Shown here: positions 28,965 to 38,099 of the stretch, piece by piece
Layout: the number at the start of each line of letters is the position of its first letter
Numbering within the stretch: position 1 is the stretch's first letter
Origin: a virus
Lineage: Duplodnaviria; Heunggongvirae; Uroviricota; Caudoviricetes
Reading direction: 5' to 3' (one strand)
IMG/VR virus record: IMGVR_UViG_2854558644_000001
DNA length: 64,000 bases
Program-made: the position numbers and the translations under genes
The notes under the pieces: model-generated
The model's input: the letters and a program-made list of their open reading frames with translations, nothing else
Databases searched by the model: none
What the model was told of the DNA's origin: nothing

Positions 28965-29598
28965 TGAAGAGATGATGAGGGTTATTAACAATAATCCTGA
29001 AATGATGAAAATTATTAATGATTATTCAGACAACGAAAACAAAAAATTAAAAAGAATATGTCATAAGATTTGGCATGGAAAAGTTGAAGTTAGTGAATAC
29101 GATGATTTATATGAGGTGGCAATGGATTGTCTTATGGAAGCAGTAGTCTCATTTGATCAAAATAAATCTCGTTTTGAAACTTTTCTGACGGGTAATATTG
29201 CAAGAAAGACAAGCACATGGATGAGAGACAACAAATATAGGTTAAAGCGTCAGAATCTCTTAAGGGACGAAAATGGAAAACTAATTCTTGATGAAAAGGG
29301 TAATCCTCAAATTATTATGAATGTCTCATTGGATGTTAATACAGATGAGGTGAAAAGTATTAAAGAGAATTTACCTTCAAGAGAGAATGTAGAAAGAGAA
29401 ATATTCACAGAAGAATATACTGACAAGGTTGAGTTATATTTACAGCAATTACCACGAAAACAGGAAAGGGTAGCGAGGTTATTATCTCAACAATATACAA
29501 AAGATGAGATATTGAAAATATTACATATAACTGCAAATGAATACAATGATTGTTTATCAGGGTTAAGAAAATATGAATACATATCATTATTATTTTAA
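28957..29598 (+). CDS. sigma-70 family RNA polymerase sigma factor-like protein
   Basis: region-2-like DDLYEVAMDCLMEAVVSFDQNKSRFETFLTGNIARK and region-4-like LPRKQERVARLL...TKDEILKILHIT. Confidence 0.5.
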   Translation: MINEEMMRVINNNPEMMKIINDYSDNENKKLKRICHKIWHGKVEVSEYDDLYEVAMDCLMEAVVSFDQNKSRFETFLTGNIARKTSTWMRDNKYRLKRQNLLRDENGKLILDEKGNPQIIMNVSLDVNTDEVKSIKENLPSRENVEREIFTEEYTDKVELYLQQLPRKQERVARLLSQQYTKDEILKILHITANEYNDCLSGLRKYEYISLLF

Positions 29599-29615
29599 TT
29601 AGGAGGAAACAAGTT

Positions 29616-31052
29616 ATGACAATGGTGGGAAGAGACAAAGTTAAAAAAGATCAGATGATGTTAGGAACATTACTTAATCAGTTTAAAAGAGGTCAGATTA
29701 ATAAGAATCATCCTTTGCAGAGAAAGCCTGATCAATGGTCAGATGAGGCAAAGTCAGGACTTGCTGCCACTATAATCAAAGGAGAGGATATTGATTCCAT
29801 TAAAATATGTGAGCAGATTGTAAGCTCGACAGAGTTCATTCTTTGGCTTATTGATGGATTGCAGAGATTAACTGTTCTTGAATCATTTAAGAATAATGCT
29901 TTTGAAATTAAGAAGAGTCTTGAAATGCCAATTATGTACTATCAAGGAGTTGATGAGAATGGAAAAGTTGGAGTTATTAAATATGATCTTAGAGGTAAAA
30001 AATACAAAGATTTACCAGATGAATTAAAGGAAAAATTCGATAGTTATGCTGTTGATATAGTCAAACATCTTGATTGTACAGATGAAGAAATAGCCTATCA
30101 TATTGCAAGATATAACAGACAGACAAGTATGAATGTAAATCAGAAAAATATTTTGGTTGCTTGGAAGATAGCACCTGAGATAAAAAAACTCGTCAGCAAT
30201 CGTTTCTTTATGGATTGTGGAAATTATAATCCAAAAGAAGATACAAAGGAAGTATTTAACAGAATTGTGTGTGAATCTATTATGACTATGTTTCATCTTG
30301 ATAACTGGAAGAAATCAAAACAAATGAGTTTGTATCTTAATGAAAATGCAACGAAAGATGAATTTGAGGTATTTGAGAATGAACTCAATAGGTTGTATGA
30401 GATTACTGATCAAGACACAGTAGGTAAATTGTTTAATTCAAAAAATTCATTTATATGGTTCGCTGCTTTTCATACATTTACACAGTTTGGAATTGAAGAT
30501 ATTAAATTTATTGATTTTCTTGAAGAGTTTCAGAAAACATTACATAGCAAGACATTTGTAGAATATGAGAATAAGAGTTTCGATACTTATGATGATGGTA
30601 AGGGAACTAAAGATAAGAAAGTTGTTAAGGCAAAACTTAACATGCTCGAACAGCTTATGAAGGAATATTTACATATTACAGAAGAAACTAATTCAGAAAC
30701 AGAGAATAATATAAATGAGTCTGATACAAAGTCGTGTGAATCAGATTCAACGCTTGAATTTATTCAGAATAATGTTTCAAAAGATGTATCAAATGAAGAT
30801 ATTGAAGAATATCAGGATTTTATGGATTCATATGTAAACATTGATTCTGAATTATACAAGCAGTGTTCTATAGCATTAATGGCTTTAACTGCTTATGCTT
30901 ACAAATGCGATAGAGATGTTGAATTAGGAAAATGGATTGAAAATTGTCAGTCAAGAAAGTGGCAGAATCTCAGTCCTTCGCAGGAAGTCAATTTCAAATA
31001 TATGAAGAGAAGTTTTGATAATTTCGTCAATGCAAATGGAGGAGCTGCTTAA
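29616..31052 (+). CDS. DUF262 domain protein with long C-terminal extension
   Basis: LIDGLQRLTVL matches DGQQR motif of DUF262. Confidence 0.55.
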   Translation: MTMVGRDKVKKDQMMLGTLLNQFKRGQINKNHPLQRKPDQWSDEAKSGLAATIIKGEDIDSIKICEQIVSSTEFILWLIDGLQRLTVLESFKNNAFEIKKSLEMPIMYYQGVDENGKVGVIKYDLRGKKYKDLPDELKEKFDSYAVDIVKHLDCTDEEIAYHIARYNRQTSMNVNQKNILVAWKIAPEIKKLVSNRFFMDCGNYNPKEDTKEVFNRIVCESIMTMFHLDNWKKSKQMSLYLNENATKDEFEVFENELNRLYEITDQDTVGKLFNSKNSFIWFAAFHTFTQFGIEDIKFIDFLEEFQKTLHSKTFVEYENKSFDTYDDGKGTKDKKVVKAKLNMLEQLMKEYLHITEETNSETENNINESDTKSCESDSTLEFIQNNVSKDVSNEDIEEYQDFMDSYVNIDSELYKQCSIALMALTAYAYKCDRDVELGKWIENCQSRKWQNLSPSQEVNFKYMKRSFDNFVNANGGAA

Positions 31053-31294
31053 TGGATATAACAATGTGTACAAGCCAAAGTTGTCAGAATAGAAAACAAT
31101 GTTATAGAGCTATGGCAAAGCCAGATAAGTATCAATCATATGCTGATTTTACCAAGCTCTGTGCTGAGAAAGATTATCAGTGTATGTGGGTAATTAAGGG
31201 TGGAGATGTTCTTATAAGTGATATAGATAATATTAAGACGAGGTGTCGATATGAACAAAGAAGAATTAAGAGAACAATTACAGAATTATTCTAA
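31052..31294 (+). CDS. Cys-rich hypothetical protein
   Basis: ORF, ATGA-like coupling. Confidence 0.5.
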   Translation: MDITMCTSQSCQNRKQCYRAMAKPDKYQSYADFTKLCAEKDYQCMWVIKGGDVLISDIDNIKTRCRYEQRRIKRTITELF

Positions 31295-31423
31295 ACCGAA
31301 GCTTGTTGAGATGTGTATTAAGTTATTGGAAGAGAAAGAAAAGAGTCTGTCTGATAATGCTGCTACATATGATGAGCTATTGGAAATGGAATGGAATGAT
31401 AAGTAAAAAGGAGAATAATTAAA

Positions 31424-31582
31424 TGGAAGTATTTTTTATATTAATTGCAGTTGGATTAATGATTATATGGTTTCTACTGTCAAGATTTTTTCAAAAAATA
31501 GGGAATTCTACTATTAATAAAATAAAAGATGTTGTAACAGATGAAATAAATAACGAAGAAGAAAAGGAGACAAAACAACAAT
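31424..31582 (+). CDS. small membrane protein (52 aa) upstream of SPFH gene
   Basis: ORF+SD GGAGAATAA; TM segment; ATGA overlap with next gene. Confidence 0.45.
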
Positions 31583-32450
31583 GAAGAAAGTTGTAGGTGG
31601 CGTTGTATCTGCCATAGTGATACTATTTTTAGCAATAATTTTATTTAAGTCAACAGTTCGTGTTCCAGCGGGATATGTTGCAATCCAGTACAGTATGTCG
31701 GGTGGAATCAAAGGTGACGTATTAACACAGGGATGGCATTTCAAGTCACCCACAGTAAAGACTACATTATATTCTGTAAGCTTAGAACAGTCATATCTTA
31801 CAGCAGGTAAGGACGGAGACTCTAAAGATGATGATAGTTTTTCAGCTAGTTCATCTGAAGGTAAGGCTATGACATTAGATTTAACATTTACATATCAGTA
31901 CAACACTGAAAAGGTCGCTGATTTATTTACAAGGTTTAGAGGACAATCTGGTAAGGAAGTAAGAGATAGTTTTATTAAGCCTAATATCATTTCTTGGACA
32001 AAAGAAGTCGTGGCGCAGTATAAAGTATCTGATATTCTCGGTTCTGAAAGAGCAAATGTTAATGCAGCATTAACAGATTATCTTAATAAAAGATTTTCTA
32101 CATATGGAATTAATATTACAAATGTATCTCTTATTAATATTACTGTAGATGAAAATACGATGGAAGCTATTAATGCAAAGATTACAGCACAGCAGGCAGC
32201 CGAAACTCAGGAAATTAATAATCAGACAGCTATTAATAAGGCAAAGGCTGATGCAGAAGTAACTAAGGCAGAAGCACAAGCAAAGGCTGATGCACAGTTA
32301 ATCGAAGCCAAAGCACAGGCAGAGGCGAATAATAAGTTAAGTTCTTCTATTACAGATGAGCTTATAAGAATGAAGGAAGCCGAAGCAAGAAATAAATTTG
32401 GTTGGGTTACTATTTCTGGAACTAACAATACAGTTGTAACAGATAAGTAA
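31581..32450 (+). CDS. SPFH/band-7 (prohibitin/flotillin-like) membrane protein
   Basis: N-terminal TM, band-7 core and Ala/Gln/Lys-rich coiled coil. Confidence 0.7.
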   Translation: MKKVVGGVVSAIVILFLAIILFKSTVRVPAGYVAIQYSMSGGIKGDVLTQGWHFKSPTVKTTLYSVSLEQSYLTAGKDGDSKDDDSFSASSSEGKAMTLDLTFTYQYNTEKVADLFTRFRGQSGKEVRDSFIKPNIISWTKEVVAQYKVSDILGSERANVNAALTDYLNKRFSTYGINITNVSLINITVDENTMEAINAKITAQQAAETQEINNQTAINKAKADAEVTKAEAQAKADAQLIEAKAQAEANNKLSSSITDELIRMKEAEARNKFGWVTISGTNNTVVTDK

Positions 32451-32488
32451 TTAATAATAAGGGCGTAGTTAATTCTACGCCTTGCTAA

Positions 32489-32561
32489 TGGGATGTGGTG
32501 AAGCGGTCAACACATCAGATTTTGATTCTGACATTCGTGGGTTCGAATCCCACCATCCTAG
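32489..32561 (+). tRNA. tRNA-Gln (anticodon UUG)
   Basis: cloverleaf: acceptor TGGGATG/CATCCTA, D-loop AAGCGGTCAA, anticodon stem TCAGA/TCTGA loop TTTTGAT, T-arm GTGGG-TTCGAAT-CCCAC. Confidence 0.85.
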
Positions 32562-32565
32562 CTGT

Positions 32566-32638
32566 GTGCCATTAGCTCAATAGGTAGAGCACTTGACTTT
32601 TAATCAAGATGTTGAGGGTTCAAGTCCCTTATGGCACA
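32566..32638 (+). tRNA. tRNA-Lys (anticodon UUU)
   Basis: acceptor GTGCCAT/ATGGCAC, D-arm GCTC-AATAGGTA-GAGC, anticodon stem CTTGA/TCAAG loop CTTTTAA, T-arm GAGGG-TTCAAGT-CCCTT. Confidence 0.9.
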
Positions 32639-32693
32639 TTAAATATTAAAGAAAGGAGAAATAATGGTTTTAGATTCAAATGGAGGTACTTAA

Positions 32694-32987
32694 ATGATTT
32701 TAGCAGCAGCTATTAAATATCACATAGATAAAACTGATTCAGATGTTGTTTTATGTGGTGCAAGACATGGTGATGTATTCGTTCAATTGGAGCAGCTAGG
32801 ATTTGAACCAAGAAAAGGATATCAGGAAATTGAACAAGGTTTTATTGATCATAAGAACAATTTTCTTACAAGAGAAGAAGCATACGAACATGCAAAAATG
32901 TGTGGTCAGATATGTGAGAAGATTATTGATGAACGAGAGAATAAAAGTATGTTTGGTAAACAGATGATATCTGAAGATTTGTGGTAG
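32694..32987 (+). CDS. hypothetical protein
   Basis: ORF+SD GGAGG. Confidence 0.55.
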   Translation: MILAAAIKYHIDKTDSDVVLCGARHGDVFVQLEQLGFEPRKGYQEIEQGFIDHKNNFLTREEAYEHAKMCGQICEKIIDERENKSMFGKQMISEDLW

Positions 32988-33026
32988 GAAGAATGTTCGA
33001 TTTCTTTAGAAGAGAGGTGAATATAA

Positions 33027-33182
33027 ATGGCATGTGATTATTGTGCGTATCGTTATTCTTATGATTGTGATGATGGTTGGAATCAGCATAAAAATTGTGA
33101 AAGTTTTAAGTTGGATTGGGATAGTTTATCTGATAAAGATAAGAAAACTATTCAGAAGATTTTAGATAGAAGAGGAGGCTAA
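33027..33182 (+). CDS. small Cys-rich protein (51 aa)
   Basis: ORF+SD GAGGTGAATATAA. Confidence 0.4.
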   Translation: MACDYCAYRYSYDCDDGWNQHKNCESFKLDWDSLSDKDKKTIQKILDRRGG

Positions 33183-33185
33183 GTT

Positions 33186-33395
33186 ATGGAACAGATTCAG
33201 GAAAATGAACAGTGGAAATTGAATGGCAACTGTGAAAAATGTAGAAGGAATAATTATTGTTCAAAAACATGTACTCGTCATAATAGGCGAATAAGAGCAG
33301 AATTTAAAGGTCTTGTTGCAGATACAATGAATAAAATGACTGGTGGTGTAATGAGGGAAGCTATTGATAAGACGGTAAATGGAATTTTTTGGTAA
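33186..33395 (+). CDS. Cys-rich hypothetical protein
   Basis: ORF+SD GGAGG. Confidence 0.5.
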   Translation: MEQIQENEQWKLNGNCEKCRRNNYCSKTCTRHNRRIRAEFKGLVADTMNKMTGGVMREAIDKTVNGIFW

Positions 33396-33413
33396 ATTAG
33401 AAAGGAGATTTAC

Positions 33414-33788
33414 ATGAAAGGCTATACAGATTTTGCAATGGGATTTTTGGGAGCAAGTGTAGTAGCAACAAAACCTATTGGTGCAATGAAATTTATGGAT
33501 TGGAACAAAGTTAAAGAGGTTGTAGAAAGTCATCCTAATTCAATAATTTACGCTGGACTTATGGAAGATTGGAATAATACGAGTGGTCTTATTTATGCAA
33601 AAGGCAAGTATTATAACGGATATGTCTATGGTTGTTCAAATTGGGCTACACCAATTGTAGATGTAGATGGTGAAGAAATTGAATGTTGGACTAATAATGA
33701 AACTGAATGGGGTTCTGACAAACCTAGTTGGTGGGGTAACGGAGAAAAATTATATGATGCATGGGATTTTGATGAGGACGAAAATTAA
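33414..33788 (+). CDS. hypothetical protein
   Basis: ORF+SD AAAGGAG. Confidence 0.55.
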   Translation: MKGYTDFAMGFLGASVVATKPIGAMKFMDWNKVKEVVESHPNSIIYAGLMEDWNNTSGLIYAKGKYYNGYVYGCSNWATPIVDVDGEEIECWTNNETEWGSDKPSWWGNGEKLYDAWDFDEDEN

Positions 33789-33888
33789 ATTCCTCAGTAA
33801 AACTTCGTTTCCTTTAGATTATAAACGGAGAATATAACAATAGAAGTAATTAATAAAAAATAAATATAAGAAAGAAGAGGTACAAAAC

Positions 33889-35946
33889 ATGGATGGATTT
33901 ATGATGTTTAAGAAGGCTTTACAGAAGCACTTCGATGAAATGCAGAAAGAGGCAACACATTTATTTGAGGTAAATGTAGATAAGGACGAATTATGGAATA
34001 CATATCTTGATAGCTTCCCTGCCGGTACAAATGAGATTTTCAGGGAACGTAGAGAGCATGATTGCAGTTGTTGTAGACAGTTTATTAAGAATATTGGTTC
34101 TGCTGTCACTATCAAGGATAATCAGATCCACACAATCTGGGAACTGAATCTTGGTGATACAACATATCAGTCAGTATGTGATGCACTTGATACTTTTGTA
34201 AAAGCTCATACAGTTACAGATATTTATACAACCAAGTTCCCTAAGATTGGTACAGATTTTAACTTTGAGGAAATTAATGGAAAGTCTCATCAGTGGGATC
34301 ATTTATTCTTAGAGCTTCCAAGCAAGTTCGTAAATAGAAGTAGTCGTTCAAACGAGGAAGTTAAGGGACAGTTCAGGGACACAAGAAATGTATTTAAGCG
34401 TTCTCTTGATGAGATTACTATGGAAGCACTTGATACAATTCTTGAACTTATCAATTCAAATACACTTTACAAGGGTGAAGAGTGGAAAGGTGTACTCACA
34501 GAGTTCAAGAAGTATAAGAAGGAATATGATAAGCTGACTTCTGATACTGAAAAGGACTTATATGCTTGGGAGAAGTCGGTAACATCAGGCATGGCTATCG
34601 GTAGAATTAGAAATCATTCTATTGGAACACTTCTTATTAATGTAAGCGAGGATATGGATCTTGACACAGCAGTTAAGAAGTATGAGCAGATTACAGCACC
34701 GAGCAACTATAAAAGACCAAAGGCTATTTTTACAAAGAAAATGCTTGAGGATGCAAAGAAGACTATTACAGAACTTGGATATATGGATTCATTACAGAGA
34801 AGATTTGCTAATCTGAATGATATTACTGTAAATAATGTACTGTTCTCAAATAAGAGTGCTGCAAGAAGAATGGTTGGTGCAGATGATATTTTTGGTCAGA
34901 TGGAAAAGGATATTGCTGTAAGTCCTAAAAAATTCTCTAAGGTTGAAGAGATTTCAGCACAGGATTTTATTGATAAGGTGCTTCCAACTGCAAAGGAGAT
35001 TGAAGCATTTGTAGAGAATAAGCATGAGAAGAACTTTGTATCTATGATTGCACCAGTTAATCCAGATGCTAAGACAATGTTTAAGTGGAACAATGGATTA
35101 TCTTGGGCTTATTCAGGAAACATTACAGACTCAGATATGAAACAGAATGTCAAAGCGGCTGGCGGTAATGTTGATGGTGTACTCAGATTTTCTATTCAGT
35201 GGAATGAAGATGGTCATGATAATTACGACCTTGATGCACATTGTATTGAGCCAGATAAGAATGAAATTTTCTTTAGAAATTGTAGAAAGCCAAGTGTTTC
35301 AAGAATGGGTGGTCAGTTAGACGTTGATATTATTCATCCAAATGGAAAGGTTGCAGTAGAGAATATTACTTGGGAAGACCTGTCAAGAATGAAACCAGGT
35401 GTTTATAAATTCTTTGTACATCAGTATTCGGGAAGCGTAAGGCATGGATTTAGAGCTGAGATTGAATTTAATGGAGAAATTTACAAGTTTGATTACGATA
35501 AGTCAATGAGAACTGATGAAAAGGTTCAGGTTGCAGAAGTAACACTCGATGAGAATGGAAACTTCTCAATTAAGGAGAAATTAGCAGGAAATTCATCTAT
35601 TTCAAGCCGTGAGATTTGGAGTGTAAATACAAATCAGTTCGTTCCTGTATCAGTAATCAGTTATAGTCCAAACTATTTTGACGAGCAGGACGGAATTGGT
35701 CATAGACATTTATTCTTCTTCCTGAAGGATTGTGTGAACAATGAAGAGCCTAATGGATTCTATCTTGAGTTCCTTGACAATGATTTAATGAAGCATAAGA
35801 GAGTATTTGAAGCTTTAGGGGCTAAATGTCATGTAGCAGACACAAAAGATCAGTTATCAGGCATTGGTTTTTCGATGACAAAAAGAGCTGAATTGGTTGT
35901 TAAAGTAAAAAGTAATATTGAGAGAGTGGTGAAAATTAAATTTTAA
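33889..35946 (+). CDS. large hypothetical protein (685 aa) with HDCSCCRQF Cys cluster
   Basis: long ORF+SD AAGAGG. Confidence 0.6.
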   Translation: MDGFMMFKKALQKHFDEMQKEATHLFEVNVDKDELWNTYLDSFPAGTNEIFRERREHDCSCCRQFIKNIGSAVTIKDNQIHTIWELNLGDTTYQSVCDALDTFVKAHTVTDIYTTKFPKIGTDFNFEEINGKSHQWDHLFLELPSKFVNRSSRSNEEVKGQFRDTRNVFKRSLDEITMEALDTILELINSNTLYKGEEWKGVLTEFKKYKKEYDKLTSDTEKDLYAWEKSVTSGMAIGRIRNHSIGTLLINVSEDMDLDTAVKKYEQITAPSNYKRPKAIFTKKMLEDAKKTITELGYMDSLQRRFANLNDITVNNVLFSNKSAARRMVGADDIFGQMEKDIAVSPKKFSKVEEISAQDFIDKVLPTAKEIEAFVENKHEKNFVSMIAPVNPDAKTMFKWNNGLSWAYSGNITDSDMKQNVKAAGGNVDGVLRFSIQWNEDGHDNYDLDAHCIEPDKNEIFFRNCRKPSVSRMGGQLDVDIIHPNGKVAVENITWEDLSRMKPGVYKFFVHQYSGSVRHGFRAEIEFNGEIYKFDYDKSMRTDEKVQVAEVTLDENGNFSIKEKLAGNSSISSREIWSVNTNQFVPVSVISYSPNYFDEQDGIGHRHLFFFLKDCVNNEEPNGFYLEFLDNDLMKHKRVFEALGAKCHVADTKDQLSGIGFSMTKRAELVVKVKSNIERVVKIKF

Positions 35947-36098
35947 CTAGAGAAGAATTAATTTCCCAATATCAGCTTATAGAGAACACATCTAAAAAAT
36001 ATTATAATGGTTCGATTTGGAACTCTATAAGCTGTGGACGTTTTAAAATAATTGGGAAAACGAATAGATGTAACAAAAAGGGATCGTATATTTATTGT

Positions 36099-36710
36099 TT
36101 GTGTGAATTTGAAGATGGGGCAATCGTTGAAAGTGATTTTACCAACATAAGTAAAGGAAACCTCAAAAGTCCTAATTTTCCAAATGTGTTTAATGTAGGA
36201 TATTTGGGTCAGGGTAAGTGGAAATGTAAAATAAATGGAAGCGTCACTAAAGAATATACTACATGGCATCATATGATAGAAAGATGTTATTCTGAAAAAG
36301 CACATTTAAAAAGTAATGCGTATGTAGGTGTAACAGTTTGTGATAGGTGGCATAATTTTCAGAATTTTTGTGACGATATCGTTTATTTAGATGGATATGA
36401 TCTTTGGAAAAATGGAGAATATGAATTAGATAAAGATTTTTTGTGTGAGAAATTAGGCTTAAAAAATAAAATATATTCCCCTGTCACATGTAAATTTATT
36501 CCAAGACCTATGAATATATCAGAAGCTACAACAAGAAAAAATTTAACTGGTAATACATACGTTGGAATTTCACCAAATGGAACAATATATGAATTTAAAA
36601 ATAAAAAGAAATTTGCAAGTGAACATACTGACATAAGTTATAGTTCGATTGACAGATGTTTAAATGAAAATAGGAAAATTAAAGGTTGGATATTTAAAAT
36701 TAAAAATTAG
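36099..36710 (+). CDS. putative free-standing homing-endonuclease-like protein (HNH_3/AP2-like)
   Basis: YTTWHHMIERCY...YVGVTVCDRW motifs; frame open from 35940 without ATG, TTG 36099 as possible start. Confidence 0.4.
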   Translation: MCEFEDGAIVESDFTNISKGNLKSPNFPNVFNVGYLGQGKWKCKINGSVTKEYTTWHHMIERCYSEKAHLKSNAYVGVTVCDRWHNFQNFCDDIVYLDGYDLWKNGEYELDKDFLCEKLGLKNKIYSPVTCKFIPRPMNISEATTRKNLTGNTYVGISPNGTIYEFKNKKKFASEHTDISYSSIDRCLNENRKIKGWIFKIKN

Positions 36711-36727
36711 AAAAGGAGATTATTATT

Positions 36728-37114
36728 ATGACAAACAATGAATTATTTATCAATGCAACAAGAGCAAACTATCAGTTCCCATTCAGAGGAATGATTAACG
36801 TAATTGATTTGTGGGATTTATCTCTCACAAATCTGGACTCAGTATTTAAGACACTCAATGCAGAAGTAAAGAAGTCTGAAGAAGAGAGTCTTCTGAATAC
36901 TAAGTCAAAGGAAGATGAAGAGATTTCTAATAAGATTGAAATTGTTAAGTATATTGTTGGTGTGAAGCTGGATGAAAAGAAGAAGAGAGAAGACGCTAAA
37001 AAGAACGCTGAGATGAGACAGAGATTGCTCGAAATCAAGGCTAAGAGACAGGATGCTGCACTTGAGAATATGTCTGATGAGGATCTTGATAAGGCACTTG
37101 CAGAGTTAAAGTAA
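36728..37114 (+). CDS. hypothetical coiled-coil protein
   Basis: ORF+SD AAAAGGAG. Confidence 0.55.
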   Translation: MTNNELFINATRANYQFPFRGMINVIDLWDLSLTNLDSVFKTLNAEVKKSEEESLLNTKSKEDEEISNKIEIVKYIVGVKLDEKKKREDAKKNAEMRQRLLEIKAKRQDAALENMSDEDLDKALAELK

Positions 37115-37123
37115 TGTTTTATG

Positions 37124-37158
37124 GGCTGGCTGACGAACAGTTGGTCAGTCCTTTTTTA
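37124..37158 (+). terminator. rho-independent terminator
   Basis: GGCTGAC...GTCAGTCC stem then TTTTTT. Confidence 0.6.
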
Positions 37159-37182
37159 CAATAGAAAGAGAGAGGTACATAC

Positions 37183-37396
37183 TATGACTGAAAAGAAATT
37201 ATATACCTGCGATATTTGTAAGACTGATTATGCGGATAAGGAAAAGGCTAAACAGTGCGAGAAAAATCACAAGCTTTTAGAAAAAGCTACGATTGTTGGC
37301 GACTATAAATCTATGGGTAGTATTCCAATAGGAGAACCAATTAAAATTCGAGTTAAATTTCCAAACACAGATAAATGGATCGAATACAAGCGATAG
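37183..37396 (+). CDS. zinc-ribbon-like small protein
   Basis: ORF+SD AGAGAGAGG; CDICK...C. Confidence 0.5.
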
Positions 37397-37450
37397 TTTT
37401 GTTTAACTTGAATTTCACGATTCATGTGGAATTTAGAAAGGAAAGAATAT

Positions 37451-37696
37451 ATGGTTAGATATTTTTGCGATTTATGTGATAAGGAAGTTGATAAATATAA
37501 TGAGTATTCGTTGCCGATTGCAGTCACTTTTATAAATGGTGAACCATGTGATTTAATTCAAGTTCCTGGGTTTAATTTGTGTAAAGATTGTAGAAGTAGG
37601 TTTTACGGAGTCGTTGAAAGTATTGTTCCAAAGCAGAAGATTGAAGAATTAAATAAGAGGGCTTTGGATATAAAAATGGGAAGATGTGATGAGTAA
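37451..37696 (+). CDS. zinc-ribbon small protein
   Basis: CDLCDK...CKDC; ORF+SD AGAAAGGAAAG. Confidence 0.5.
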   Translation: MVRYFCDLCDKEVDKYNEYSLPIAVTFINGEPCDLIQVPGFNLCKDCRSRFYGVVESIVPKQKIEELNKRALDIKMGRCDE

Positions 37697-37736
37697 CAAG
37701 AATCGCACATTTCTTCAGGAATTTTGGAGGTGAAAT

Positions 37737-37916
37737 ATGAATATTTTAAACATTATTTTATTAATTATGGGAATTTTTAACCTTATTGTTGGGATAACAT
37801 GGACGAAAAAGAATGTTGTCAACTTTGTGTTCAAATTATTATTCTTGGCAGGTGGTGGGTATTTAGTCTTCTATGCTTTATATCTAAGTAACATTCTGAT
37901 TGTTTTGAATAAGTAA
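37737..37916 (+). CDS. small two-TM membrane protein (59 aa)
   Basis: ORF+SD GGAGGTGA; hydrophobic. Confidence 0.45.
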   Translation: MNILNIILLIMGIFNLIVGITWTKKNVVNFVFKLLFLAGGGYLVFYALYLSNILIVLNK

Positions 37917-37928
37917 GAGGAGAATAGC

Positions 37929-38090
37929 ATGTATAAATCTACAATAAGATTTTTAATATGGCTTATGACATTAAATTTATTAATGAATTTTATTTTTCCT
38001 GAACCAGTTGAATTATGGAAAATTTTATTAATAGAGCCATGTTTGGGATTTTTATCATTTATTATGGTTGATTGGAAAGAAGATAAGTGA
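37929..38090 (+). CDS. small membrane protein (53 aa)
   Basis: ORF+SD GAGGAGAA. Confidence 0.4.
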   Translation: MYKSTIRFLIWLMTLNLLMNFIFPEPVELWKILLIEPCLGFLSFIMVDWKEDK

Positions 38091-38099
38091 GGTGAGAGA

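Noticed and set aside
31251-31406. 51-aa ORF overlapping the end of 31052..31294 by 44 nt
   Set aside because: Plausible (SD GACGAGGTG) but overlap and size make it uncertain; left out of feature list.
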